From Balanoglossus misakiensis (lineage: Eukaryota; Animalia; Hemichordata): a stretch of 64,000 nucleotides of DNA. Shown here one piece after another: positions 1 to 13,900 of this stretch. The translations under genes and the position numbers were made by a program. The stretch covers positions 11,043,166 to 11,107,165 of the forward strand of contig CM082578.2 in assembly GCA_040954595.2 (NCBI GenBank), given 5' to 3'. Numbering within the stretch: the stretch's first letter is position 1; each line of letters opens with the position of its first letter. The notes below the pieces were generated by a model that was given only the letters and a program-made list of their open reading frames with translations, searched no databases and was not told the DNA's origin.

Positions 1-1596
1 ACCATCAGTAGAATTGCCAATTATGCAAATTAAGCTAATTGGTATGCAGACGACATATGCCAAACGGTTAATGGCAAACAGCCCTCATTTGAATAAGCTT
101 ACGCTCTCCTTGGAATGGACTGATATTGAAGGTACCCGAGTCTAACACATTCGCATGTGCTCATGCTCGTTCATGCATTGCCGGAAGAAATATATCGATA
201 CTCAAAACGGTCCTCGGTGCTTTGAAAAACGAGAAAAATATGCTTATATCAGACCTTATGAACACGACGCCGACGTAAAGAAGAGGAGTTTTTTTTCGCA
301 GAGCTCTTTGCACGCACTCAAACAATATCAAACCTGACTCGATGTTGAAGCGACAAACCCAAGCAATGCTGACTTTTCGTAGGAGTATCTTGGGACTCTG
401 ACAACCATCGAGAACGCGGCCGACCTACACGTTCGTTGACATGCCCGCGGCATCGTCCTGCTCGAAATCACTGGTAAATTTACTTTACTCGGCAACGATA
501 AAACGTAATGACGCCATTGTGCACGTTTAATGGCACTTCGCCAAAAGGCACTACAGGTGAGCGGTCCCACTTGAATCGGAAAAACACACACCCCTCGGGA
601 GAACATACTTCCACACTTTGGAAGTCATTCCCCGGTGGAGATCATCATAAAGCAGGCGTCGCCTGTGTACCCATGTTTCCGCATCAAGAAGTGTTTGTAC
701 AGCACGTTGAAAAAAACAATCCTGACAGTGCAATGCACTTGCATCACGTCAAGCCTATAAAACATGATGTAATACATTTGGCTGATCGTTGTACGAAGTC
801 ACGATGGCCCAATCTCTTGTAAATTTACGCCAGCAATAACAGTCGGCAGTCGCGACGAACTGTATAGCAAATAAAGCCACGATTTATTATCCCAATGTTA
901 CCAGCAATTCTGTCACATACTCCTTGTTTAGTACGTTTAGGTTTACTGTGACCATAAAAAAGATTATCTGGACCTTCATCACACAGAGTCCGCAAAGAAA
1001 CACCGGCTACTCGTATATCGCAGTATACTGTTTTAATCGTCGTACCACTGCCGGGGTTCGCCGGCGTGCGTATACGTGCGTCTTACTCTGAATTAAACCG
1101 ATCCCGTGTGCCTAGGGCGGACCGGTGAATTTCATTGACCGCGCGGCAGTATAAATCCGATACTCAAATCGGTGTTAGCGGATTTTGTCACCTTTCAGCG
1201 CAGTCAGAAATGGCGATAATCACACCGCTTCTATTCGCGATTCCCCACGGCACATTCTGTCGTTCTGCGCCAAAGCATCGCAAGAATACTATCACTACAT
1301 CTGTTCCTCGCTCGCGTGACATCATGCATGATTAACTAATGATGAGCAACAACCGAATCACGTGATTTGCACCCTCTCCCGGCAAATTAAACTTTTACCT
1401 CCACTTTCTCAAGTGTTCGCCCCTGAAAGACTTTTCAGCGTTTGCTGCTGCATCTGATGAATTTTGAATTGCTTTGTCATGACTCCATGTATATGCAGAC
1501 CCGCTTTTGTGGAGTCATTATGACAACACACAGTAGAATGATTGAACTTCTGCCCTGTAACACCCACTCATTTATATTTCGGTTTGGCTCATTCAG

Positions 1597-1912
1597 ATTG
1601 TGCTGAATCATCCATGGAAAATAGGCTACGAAGCCACGGAAAGGAATTGATTAACCTGTTTGAGGAACTCACATCCAAAGTAAGTAATTTGCTACGAAAA
1701 ATAGAGAGATTTAGAAGCTTGTGTTTCGAGAAATCTTAAAAGTTTGTAAATGAACAAAACCCAAAAATCAATGGGCGCCAACTCCTGAATATCAGTGTCA
1801 GATTTCTCTGCTTCTTCTTCTCCAACAGAAACGACGTCGTTCTCGAATGCCGTGTTGTTCTCTTCGCTTCATTCCGGGAAAGGCGACTAATTTTGTCATC
1901 GACGTGCGCTGA
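1597..1912 (+). other. Possible small spliced exons (1597-1679, 1829-1912) of an unidentified transcript
   Basis: Acceptor cattcag at 1590-1596, donor AAA|gtaagt at 1680, and pyrimidine-rich acceptor ttcttcttctccaacag ending 1828. In-frame join reads ...MENRLRSHGKELINLFEELTSK/KRRRSRMPCCSLRFIPGKATNFVIDVR*. No recognisable homology. Confidence 0.2.
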
Positions 1913-4900
1913 TCAACGCGTTGGCTTTACGACCAAATTAAAGTTCGATCGGTGTTTGCCAAACGGGAGCAGCGACGGGACGAGTCTTTGCTTTTCATAC
2001 CTGGTAATGTTGCGATAAAATGTGACTCGTTACTGCTCATCCCCAGGGAACATTTGCCGCGTTTTGGCGGGAAACGTCAGATAGTCTGGAAGACTTTTAC
2101 GCTATCTCCACACGTTCTGTCGACATGCGTTTGTTTAAATTTCTAAACTGCGCGAATGAACGGTTGCCATTGTAAGAGAGACGTGGCAATGCAATCAAAT
2201 TCAGACTTGTCGACACGTATCCGTTCGTGTCTGTAAACGTGCTACGTGGAAAGATGTGGAACTTGAATAACGTTCTCTTTTTTCAGAAACGCATGCCCTA
2301 TACACGACTCTTTGGAAACGTCAGCTTCGCGTGGACCGATTCAATGCTTAGTCGAAACCAGGATCCCGCTGTCTATACAATAACCAGAAGAATATTCTGT
2401 ACTGTACAAGGCAGCTCTGCTGAGAGCTTTTGGTAAAATCGATTCAGTTGAATATGTTTTGAATCAAACGATGAGACAGTATGGGACTCAAAGGTGGCGC
2501 AAAAAAAGAGCTGAGAAACAAATTTCGACGTTGTAATCAAAAGTCTAGACTTTTCCTCCTTTGTGCAATATGGTTAATAAAGTATTCATTTCCAACACAT
2601 ACGTGTGCTTAAAATGGCATCTTCACAATACGGAGTAATAAAATCTGACGCCACATTACCTTATATGGGCATGGGGAAATAAGAGGCTTCAGCAAGGCTT
2701 TAGACACACATCACATATTTCACCCCTCAGATTTAAACTAATCAAGAGAAACACATTGCTGTCTACTGTTTATGACTTTGCTCTATGGATATGAGCCTAC
2801 AATTCATGGTTTCTAAAGTAATGAAAACAATTTAAGCGAAACTTGACCAGAAATTCGTCATTCTTGTCATGTATACAAAAGAGGGGTTGTGATAGGTGAC
2901 GTACAGACAAGAAAATAGGGGCTGTGTTTGTCGATGCAATGACTCTAAAGTGGCGTTAGCGCGAATGTACCATTAACCGCAAACCTTGCATTATGACTTT
3001 GGCAGTTGCGGTTAGGCGCTAAAAGCAGTCTCGTGTGAAAGCGGAAATGCAAAGCCCAGAGCTTCGGTGTTCCAATTTTGTTTCATAAAAAACTCGTTAT
3101 GCACACAAACCAAGGCCTACATTTGTCTCTTCCCATGGGATAAACACGGATAATGGGAAGGGCACCCCGTTCTATACAACACGATGGTCGTGGGAAAAAT
3201 GCATAAATTCAGTACACAACGTTGTGTGGAAATAGAGACATGGAAAAGCGAGCGACGGAGGTGGAGATGCATAGAGGGGGGGGGGGATAGGGATACTCTT
3301 GCCGTGACCTATACGAGTACTGCCTTCAATTTATGTGACTGATCACTTCAATATGTAATAAAGGCGATCCTTCAAATATGGAAAAAATAACAAAGGCTTA
3401 AACGAGGCAATATTTGGATAAAATGTCAGCTCATGGAGTGGGCAATTACATTTTAATAGCCCAGTCGTTTGAAATAACGATTTTGGAGAAGCAGAGAGCA
3501 CATCCGACACGGGAGGCCACGTCTGACAACCTTCTCGCGGATGCACCGCACGCACCAACGCGAGGAGAGGGACTCGGCCGATTTCCCGCCATAAATACCA
3601 AATGTCGTGCCGACTCGGGCTGATGGACACGTAACGCCGGCATTCATTAGCGCAACAGGAAATTGAAGCCGAAATGGCGGACGGGGCGGCTGCAAGAAAA
3701 CTTCGCTGATTTGCAAGATTGTGAGCACGTCGGAATATTGCGTTGACAGACCAAAGGAAACCGTTGATGAATGCAGGGCGAGTTGACAGATTATCCAACA
3801 AACGGATAAATCTGAGAGATGTACTGCCCATGTCTGCCAACTACTTACTAGTGGTTCGTTGAAATCTAGTTTCCTGCGCACAATGATTCATTGTTAATTA
3901 TTGTCAAGGTATTGCTTTTTGTCAAGACTGATTGTATAAATGGAGTAACAGATTTTCTCTATACGGCAAGCAACCGATGTGTTTTATATCGAGGCGTACA
4001 CAACTATGCGTCGCACGACAAATTGTGTGCACCTGACGGTCAGGCATTCTCGGACGGGAATGTATAGACCTCGTTTTCGAGAACAAAGCGAAATGTTGCC
4101 TCGCACGATATTGCGCAGTGAGGACTAGTACTGACATCGCGATATCCCGAGAAATGTCCGATTCTTCAATTTCCATGACTGTATGCGTAACGCAGAAAGT
4201 TAAGGGAGCCTCGTCGTCTCCAACTTCAACGTGGGGAAAAAGTCGAAGGCATTGATTGCTTCTTTTGAAAACACACTGGCGCTACAGACCGCAGAAGCGC
4301 GAGCTATCACAAAAAAAACATCGACGGCGAGGTCTAAGTTCAGTTGTGCGTCCCAATTTCAGTAATGCACGTGGCACCGAGTGACTTAGTCCCAAATTGT
4401 AAGCAGCGGACAATCAATTTAATCTCACCGCTTGATCAATTCGTCACTCAGTGTGAATTAATTCCGAAGACGAACTGCAAAATGCAGTGGTTATTATGCG
4501 TCCACATGTCAGCGCCATAACTTGGCGTTTCCTGACTACTCCGCATGACAATATCTTTAAATTAAGGAGACTAATCACAATAAAACTAAAAGATTAAGGA
4601 TAGATAGACGTTTCTAATCCAGTTTTGTAATTGGTAATTGGTCTCCAACGAGCTTTTCAGCGCCAGTGAACATACATGTACTTCCTCTATAGACGCGTTC
4701 ATGCTACCAGGTAAAATAAGAGACCGCATGAAGCCGAGACTCTCTGCAATTAGTTTCTGACGACAAATTGTTGTCGGCGGGAATAATTACGAAACTGTAT
4801 ATGGCGACAGACTAGAGAGTTGATTGCAACTGTTTTGGTATAGAATGTTCTGAATCAGTTAGATAATTTTCACGCTTTACCTGAAATATTCAATCTGTCG

Positions 4901-7900
4901 ATGTTGTGAAATAGTAATATTTTGAGATATTATCACCTGCATTTATTTAAAATACAATGCGATACAATCAAGCGTAACGCTGTTGAAAGTAGACACCGTT
5001 TACATACATCTAAATCTTTCCAGTACCCAGTGTTTTGAAAATGGAGGGAATAACTGCCTTATATTTATCTTAACACACGGGCAGACAGACAGACAGACAT
5101 ACAGATAGATAGATATATACTCATGCACATACATAAGATACATGTACATACGACATGAGCCATTGAAATCCGTTTTGCGTGTGCTGACATGATAATCTTA
5201 TCAACTGACCTCGCAAGCTGGCGGTCATTCCAACACACGAAGTTAATAGGGTTAGGAGACTCCCATGTTTTAATAAAACTTCCTTATTAAACAGCCGAGG
5301 ATTTGGTTGAATCGACTCGCATTAATCCCTAAATTCTGCAATGACGCAGAATAATACCAAACACCCTGTAAATTAGGTTACACTGCTGACGACATTCTCC
5401 GAACTTGGTTTTACCTGTGTGTGACTTTATCAGATAGAAAGGTCGCGTTCTCGGTAACCCTACACAGGCGCATTTTCATTTAGATAGAAAGAAAAAAAAT
5501 CCCAAATCCTCAATTTGTATTTCTTGAGCAGATGGTGGGATTAGGTTCTCAGTGACCTTCTGTATACGCATGAAATAAAATTGACTCTCCAATACGGAAT
5601 CGTAGCTGTAACGACTAACGCAGTGTCGCGCTAACAAGCCGGGCACGCCAGTGCATATACGTCACAAACGGCTGTAACACCTTATGCCTGATAGAATGTG
5701 CTTTACTCATGACCTCATCTCACGCTTGTAAGGTCTGGTTGGGGATACACATACACATAACGCTTGTCTATTGTGCAGAATAATCCACTGCGAGGTGCAG
5801 GGCGAGCAGTTCTGCCGTTGTACATGTAGGTAACGTTGCAACCAAAACCTACATTCCTCTCATCAGCGCGGTTCTGTAGCTGATAATGAATTGATTAAAT
5901 CTTGCAATACCAGACACAAAAATTGATCTACTACTTTTAGCCCCCTTTTCGTTATATCTAAACATCAGGCGACTCGTATACACCTTAACAGAAGATGGTT
6001 GATTTGGCGCCTGGCTCAGTTTTGTTCTCATAGTCACGCGGCCCTACTTTATACATGTAAGTGGTTATCGCTATATGGCTTGCAATATAGGATGCACACT
6101 TGGGAGCGTCTAAAAAATCTATTGAAATGAAAACCTCGGGTTTAACACAACATCACCGAGAAATCGCGAAAAAGCGCCCGGAGTCACGAACAGCAATTCA
6201 GCAAACAGTCTGAAAGCAGGGGATGCGGCAATCGACCATAACTTTAACTGACTCGAGAGAACGTAGAGTGCCGTCTAAATATCCGCCGAGACGGTTTATT
6301 AGGAGCTGGCTGACGCGGTTTGATTTTTAAAGAGCGGCGAACCAGTCGTTTGTGACTTGAAAGTTTTCTTTCAGAACGTGACTTCCTCGTTAGTAAGGTC
6401 TTAAGTTTGAGGTGTTGATATCGCAATCAATACTGCGCAACCAGGGACGACAGGTGGAGTGCTGCTGCTATTCAGGGCATACACTCCGTCAATAGATTCC
6501 TGTCGCTCGTACAACTGAGCCTGGGCGAGACAAAATCAAACCACCATAGAAGACCTATACAGCCTTTACTGTAATGTCACAGAATGACACAGTCCTTTAG
6601 AATACACGCTCTTGGTTTGCTGTCAAAGTATTATATGCAGTGTATTAGCCTTTTGGAGCCCGTTCAATCGCCAAAGTCTTTATGTGTATCGCCCGTCTGC
6701 TGCTTTAAAAGCCAAAGAGTGCAGAGCCATGATCTTTACTCCAGTAATTGGAAAGTACACTCTGTCATTCTATCCCGCCCGACCTGCTGAAACGAAGTCG
6801 AAAATAAGTCAATTTTCGCTTTAAAGGAACTGCGCGTCCGCGGTCGGTCTGTACGGCTTTTGAAATTTCCGTCTCGAATTTCTCAGGTCGACAGTGTCAA
6901 TGATATTGGTTGGTATCACAAGATACCCATCTGAGATGTCACAGACGCCATGACGACGGCTACTTCTACCGGAAGCGCGCCATTATCCCAACCGTCCGCT
7001 AATTTGAACAGACGAGAAACTCCGGATTCTCAAAATCAAAACCACGCGAAAGGCATGTGATCCGCGGTCGATCAAATGGTACCGGTCACTGTCAGTGATA
7101 TTGCCGACAGAAACTGAAGACGTGTTGTTTGATATGCCCCGCTGTCATCTATCCCTGCTTTCGGGTGCAACAAATCGGCACACAAGTGCCTGCATTTCGT
7201 CTCTCGATGGCCCTCGCTTATTAAGGTTTCGTTATTATGATAGAGGAAAAAAAAGTGCTTTTATTCGGACATATATGCTGTACTACTTTTAGACCTTACT
7301 TTCGCTAAAGTACGCGGTGAAACTGACTTCTTGAGATCCACACCTGTTGAGATGAATCGGAATATCTGCGCTTCTCAAAAAATGGAGCAACATTACACCA
7401 TTCAAACAGACCGCATTTCCTTTGACCGGTTTAATGCCAAGTCAGTTACCATGGGAACCACATTACGTCGGCTTTTTGCTTTACACAAGTTCCCGGCATT
7501 TTTTTGCTTTGAATCAAAGGCTTATACCTGTCAGGTTATTGTTATGTTTGCAGTTACTGTGCGACTAAGAAACTCATTGCTCGTCTAGAGCGATCTCCTT
7601 TCAATGACATTTTCTGAACCATTTCCTTTCAGTCGTCTACATCAAACAGTGCATATATAAAGCGGTTTAATTTAATATAAAAACAACAGAAGATAAGTAA
7701 TCTATAAGTTATAATGGTTCTAACCTGTGCCATTTCGTGTCCATTCGAAATATACTCCTCAAACATTAGAATTGTGTTATGTTTGAAAACTAATCGATGC
7801 ACATATTCCGGCGAAATTTGTTGGCAAGCATTAAGGTTATATACAGCGGCTAAAGAACATTAACGCTGGTATTGATAAAATCGTGCCTTCGTGTCACTCT

Positions 7901-10900
7901 TTCCGCGTCAATGAAACACATAAGAAGAGCTGGTGAATTTGGGGGAGGGATTTTGAGTATAGTGATGTACCTTCGGCCGTACGATTTGGAATAGTACATC
8001 TACGTGATATGACTGTAAACTTTTTCTATGTATTCAAGTTGATTTTATGGCCGATTTTATTTGGGTTCTTTAGTGGGGATTTGTTTTGTCCGTGTTTTAT
8101 GTGCTACGATTTGAAAAATACTGATAAATCCTATAGGCCCTAATGACATTTATAAAACAGTGTCAGGGACAACCGTCTTTATATAATTAATTTTTCCCCT
8201 ATCTGATAGTTCTTAAATTAGTCTTTAGTTTGAAATAATTGAATTTTGATGTCATTTTCTCTCCGTCTGTATTCAATTTGATATACAGACTACATGAATT
8301 GATGCAATCACAACAATAAACTGATCCGTTAACACACATCAATCTAGAAAATCCAGCACGGCACCCACATTACGCCAGCTATTGTTCCAAATGCGCATGT
8401 GCGTGCTTTGAGATTGAAAATTAAATCCATCTATACTTGTGGTAGTTTGCTCGACAAAGTATCCCTTGAAACCGACGACGTGAACGTCAGTAAACTGGCA
8501 TATCTCCTGACCTGTTCCCAGGGGAATTACAGATGATTGCAAAATCCAACACGCTGCGTTATGTTTATTCTCCTGGTCCCCATCGGCGAGTCTTGTCGGC
8601 AATACACATACACGCAACCGTACAATCAAACGCCCGAAGGATACCACTAACAATATGAACAGCGTTGACATTTAAAGCGTCAGCTCGTTAGATCTCTACA
8701 TATTATGTCGGATTGTAAATTTATCAACTGGTCGGCGTGCAGCACCTGCCGGTCTCCATGGCTTTATTGAAAATTTCGCGAATGTTTGTGCATTTCGCGG
8801 CTAGCGATTGAGGTCGCACGATGTGCGTATAATCTCTCGGTTCCGACAAGAGCAAAGTGGCAACGCACCGCGCGCACTGACACGGAACAAAATTACTGTC
8901 CTGCGGTGGGAACTTTTAATACGGCAGCGACGACGTACGTGCGGCATTAAATATGATATTTTAAAACCGTTTCGTCGAGCAAAGTTTAGTGTTTCTTTTA
9001 TCGCAGCCATTACGCTTATATGACTAGGAAAACACAGGTATAGACCTCGTTAGAAATCTCGGTAGATAACTCGATTTTATTTCTCTTATTTATTGATGTA
9101 TTATATTTTGGAATGCCAAACCACCTGTCAGCATTTTTTTCTCGGAATCAGTGTTTACTTAAGCATCCTTGAATAGCACCGGCCCTCGTAAAATTTCATC
9201 TCGCTGCAGAAGTTTGGTAACCCTTTGGTAATGGAACGTGCTCGTAACGTGTGCGACAGCCATTAAATGTCTTCGAAAAATTTTCCATTTCATAAAGGCT
9301 TGTAAGTACAGGCCGCCTCGCGTCGTTTAAGTCAAGACTACAGCAATGCGTCATGATTGATTGTTTTGTTGATGACTGAATAAATGACATTTTATATACG
9401 TGACAGACCACGAGTTTCCTTGAACTGCATCTTCTATGGCAAGAGTCAAGAACAAGCACGTGATTACTCTGGGCACGTGCAAGTCCTTTGAAATAGGGGA
9501 AAACCAGAATTCCTATACGTGTATAACCTATATATTAACCTATTTTCTGAAGAGGCTTTTTAAAACTACGAATGTCCTTCTTTCGAGGTATACCGGAACA
9601 GAAATCACGAATTAGACAGAACCGGCCGCATTTAACTATCGAGAAGAACACTTGAAAAGAAAGACAGGGTAACGAGATCAGGGAATTAATCACCGCCTCA
9701 TGAGTTCAAACACGTCACGACTGACTATACGAACTACAACGCCCGTGTGGTCATAAGTATTAACGCTCAGCGCTTGACAATCACAATTCATGGAATGCAT
9801 CTTAGGATTAACGCAAAATCTGAACTGACCCTAATAATTTAAGTACAATACAGTTCGCTCTCCGCCATTATCAGGCCTGTCGTCTTACGGCGCGCTCCAT
9901 ATGTGTTCATTCCTACTTCATTTCCGTGTACTTTGAAGTGGAAGGAACTGGAATTGTTGTGTGACGGCATCTCGCACAGCACGCACCAAGCTCTTGTGAC
10001 CCGACTATGTAAGAAATTCATTGGGAATTTGTAAAGGCGACATATTTTGACATTTCTCATTACTGCAGTGATCTCTGATGCTCAGTTATGCGCATTCCTT
10101 CCACACAGGACTCAAAGAGTTGGTTGCGTCAAGCGTCAAAAAACGTGGATGGCATCATGCAGCTATATACATGTATGCACAACCACAAACCCAAGCTGTG
10201 AAGGAAATAATACAAGTGTGTGAACTTTTACCCAACAATATGCGTCAAAATGCTTTAAAGACCCCTTTCCCAATCCCATGGTTCCCACACAAGTAGATGC
10301 ACAGCAGCTCCTTGGCACGTTGCCTTGAAATATTGGTGAAGTCAAACAACCTTCCCGCCAGATAAAACTTATATTTAAGTGCATGATGATGCAATGGTGC
10401 CGGTGAGTCTAACGACATCAAAGTTTGCCGAAAGCAAAGGCAACGACTTGTGCCAGTCGCGCCTGTACATCCTCAGTCAAGAAATTATGACCGTTGGAAG
10501 ACAACACAGTCTTTGTATAAAAGTAATTTGTCACAAAATATTGATTCTCTGTTATTTTCTACCAACGGCTACCGTTGGCATTAGTTTTTGTGTAATATAT
10601 TATCATGGTTCGTGAATATCGAGTGTTCAGCAAACATTGCCATGGAAATGCAAAGCTTTTAGAGTGTAACCTTTCATTTTAGTCTTACGTCACCGGGGAA
10701 ATGTTGTCGGAATCCAAGAAATCGACTAGAAATCAGAACTGATCCAAAGGAAGTTCACGTCATTTGAAAAAAAATGCGATGGAAACTCTGAACGTCGTAT
10801 GAGTGCTGGTCTCATGAGGATGTGCTGGGCATTATGGGAAGACCCGGGAGGTTAGCGTGTAGACCACGCTGCCTGACGTTACTGCTAATTGGGATTGTCG

Positions 10901-13900
10901 CAGCACTGTATACACGTGCGTGCAATTTCTCTAAAAGCCGAAAAATTTTGTCAGGAGGGAATTTAGCCTTGACATTTTGTAGATATGATGACGTATTTTC
11001 ATTTTCTGAAAAGCCCAGTCGTGGCTGTGAAGCTGGCTTCCATCAGTTGAACCTGTCTTTCTTTATAATTGCCCCGGATGACGAACAGCGAGTTGGAGAA
11101 TTTTGAAATTGCGTAGTTTGAACCAAAAGAGACATATTTGCATTCAGTGCACGGATAAAGGACTATATATATACGCAGGCACGAAGGAGAGGGGGCTGTG
11201 TGACAGACATTAACACACTGCACAATATATCTAGATATCTAAATTGACAAGTGGCGCAAAATCTGATAACAACAAAGACACGTTTTTGCAAAGTCTAAAA
11301 CGATTACAATTGACAAGCCGCAGACTAAATTGACATCGGCTTTAATCACTCAGGTGCAGACTCGCAATCTCTAGAGGAAAACCGTGGAATCTAATATTAG
11401 CAACTTTCACCGGGTATCACATGGTACATGTATATTTTAGATGAAGATAAAAAGCTGAGGCAAACATAATGGCTCATACTGAAACCCGAACTTGTAAGCT
11501 CGTGCGAATTTGAATAAAACAGGAGGTAAAGGGATCAAAACAAAGGCTCGTGGGAGAAACGTGTAAATGATAGATTTTGGCTTTTTTTCGCATGGTATTT
11601 GAAATCTTATAAAATTGTTTAAGTCTATGTAGTGTCATTTCTTCAACGGAGAAGAAATTGTACGGCTACTCAAAGGCCCGACAAGTCATCTCAAATAAGG
11701 CTTGTACCCTTGAAACGCATTTGTCTCCGGGTTACTACAATTTTATTAATTTAAAAATAGAGTTTGTTAGTCGTGCCTTTGAAATCTTATTCAGCAAACC
11801 CGTGGCATATACTTTCGGGGGATAGTTATATAAGAACCGCGAGACAGGATGCATGACATACAAAACATGATTAATTCAGACGATAGGCCGAACGCCCGAG
11901 TGAACTAGGAATCGGGTGTCGCGCTCCTGTGAGATTAGTTCCATCTGCCCCGACGCAGTATGCGGTGTGAGTCAGCTGAGATCTCCGGGCACCTAAAATA
12001 TTAAAGATGCAATCTAAAGTCTGTTGAGTTCTGTCTGTTGATCGCGAAATCGGTTTTTAAACGCCACCTGTATATCCGAAAGGCGGGAGTATGGTCTGTG
12101 TGCATTGTCTCAATCTGATGTCTCAGTTGATTCCCAAAGCCGCCCTTTCTCCTATATTTCTTTTCTGAATACCATGTTGCTGCTTTGTTTACGAGAAATA
12201 AATTATTCCGCGTAGCACATATGACATACCCCTACGCCACAGTTAAAAATAGTCCCCATAAACAAAATATCTTCATTGCAAGACAATAGTACAAAACGTT
12301 AGAAGTAAACAAGTGGTGCTCGGTGCCGGATTCATACCAACGCACGGATCAGAACGCGAATTATCTGAACGTCAGACGTTTAGTGATATTTGTCGAATTT
12401 CGAATTTGTGGAACACTGTTCAAGTAGAGAGATTGACAGTAAGATGTATTACTTCACAAATGATCCATACACGTTTAACATGGTTGTTACACACAAAACG
12501 ACGCTGCCATGGAAAGTTCATGGCTGTGAAGTATAAACCTCGAATGTGCTTCCGCGGTTTACATGTACTTTGCTGGACAGGAGATTAAAGGGCTTCAGTT
12601 TGCCGTCTGTCTGACGAATAACGTGTGTCTTGCATGGGCAGAGGAAATTGTCTGCCTCGGTAATAATTTACCGTCTTGGGACAATGTAACGCCCCTTAGG
12701 GATGGTGCGGAGTATATGTTTCGCAAACTGGAAGCAGATTACCTATGGCAGAGTTCAGCTTGGGGTACCTATTACATCGGGCATTGTCGCTCGAAATGCA
12801 ATCGCGAACAACTAAAACTAAGACAGCTCCTGTTTCTCAGCCGAAAATCGAGACGTAACTGAGAAACAGCATTGTCAGAGACTGATGATTTTCATTTGAG
12901 AAAACATCTGTAAAGGTTCGCCCGCATTACCTACAAACGGAGAGCAGCGAGCTTTTATGGAACTGTCTAAGCATTTTGACCATACTCTGTCTCGATGGTT
13001 AAATACCACTACTGAGTGCTTTCCGCCGATTAGTCCGTAGCTATGGCAACGGAAACAACCGTTGGCGTAAAGGTAATTGTCAAGAGAGACTTGATTCAGT
13101 TTGAAGCCTAGCAATTAAAAGGGCGATAAAAAACAAGAGACTTCAGATTGTAACTGCACGCACGCGGGTTCATACAGGTTACAATAGAACAGACACCCGA
13201 ATGGACAGATAGATAGATAGATACATGTAGATATGGACGAGCGAGGGGGTTATTACATTGAAAGAACACTGGGGAGAAATTTCCAAGTTTATCGCCCTTG
13301 CAATACATATGCTGATTGTTAAAACGGTCACATTCGTGTAATCGAGTTAAAATTGGAGAGTATCTCTGAACAGGAATAGGTATTGGCGCTGATGACGCAC
13401 TTTGATATTTTCTGCGAACAGAAGGAGAGAAGAAGCAGTGTCAACCATGTGCATTTGATTTTTATGCTCTAATGATGACTTTAAAATTAGACTGAAAGAG
13501 ACGTCTGCACTAATTGCAACGTGTTTCCATAGAGACGACGCTAGCGCTGAGAAGGAAGAGGCATGTGTCAGTTGTAATTTTTGACATCCTCTGAAAGACA
13601 TCAGATGAGTTCGTTAATTGATCAAGCAGTACATTTGACTTCACAGGGGTTGGTTTCATAATTTCAACCAAATGTTCATGCCAACAATTGCGCGAGCATT
13701 CCGACGAATAACACAAAGAGATACAATTCTTCGCATGTCTATGTCGACCAAGGGAGGGATTGGCCATGGTACCGGTTATTCTAAGTATTTTTGTGGTTCA
13801 GACGATCGAAAAACAAATGGTAGTCGATATGGTCGATAACATTTAGGCATTAGGGAGTGAAAATTATTTTTCGGAAAGCCTGAGTATACTTTCTCTGTCT

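Noticed and set aside
334-424. Possible minus-strand exon (tag|gtcggc ... tcag|gtttga)
   Set aside because: All three frames are open, nothing is recognisable, and the donor is weak.
3343-3881. Overlapping ORFs of 142-165 aa in a GC-rich patch
   Set aside because: No domain motifs, no convincing splice framing, and composition unlike real proteins. More likely regulatory or neutral DNA.
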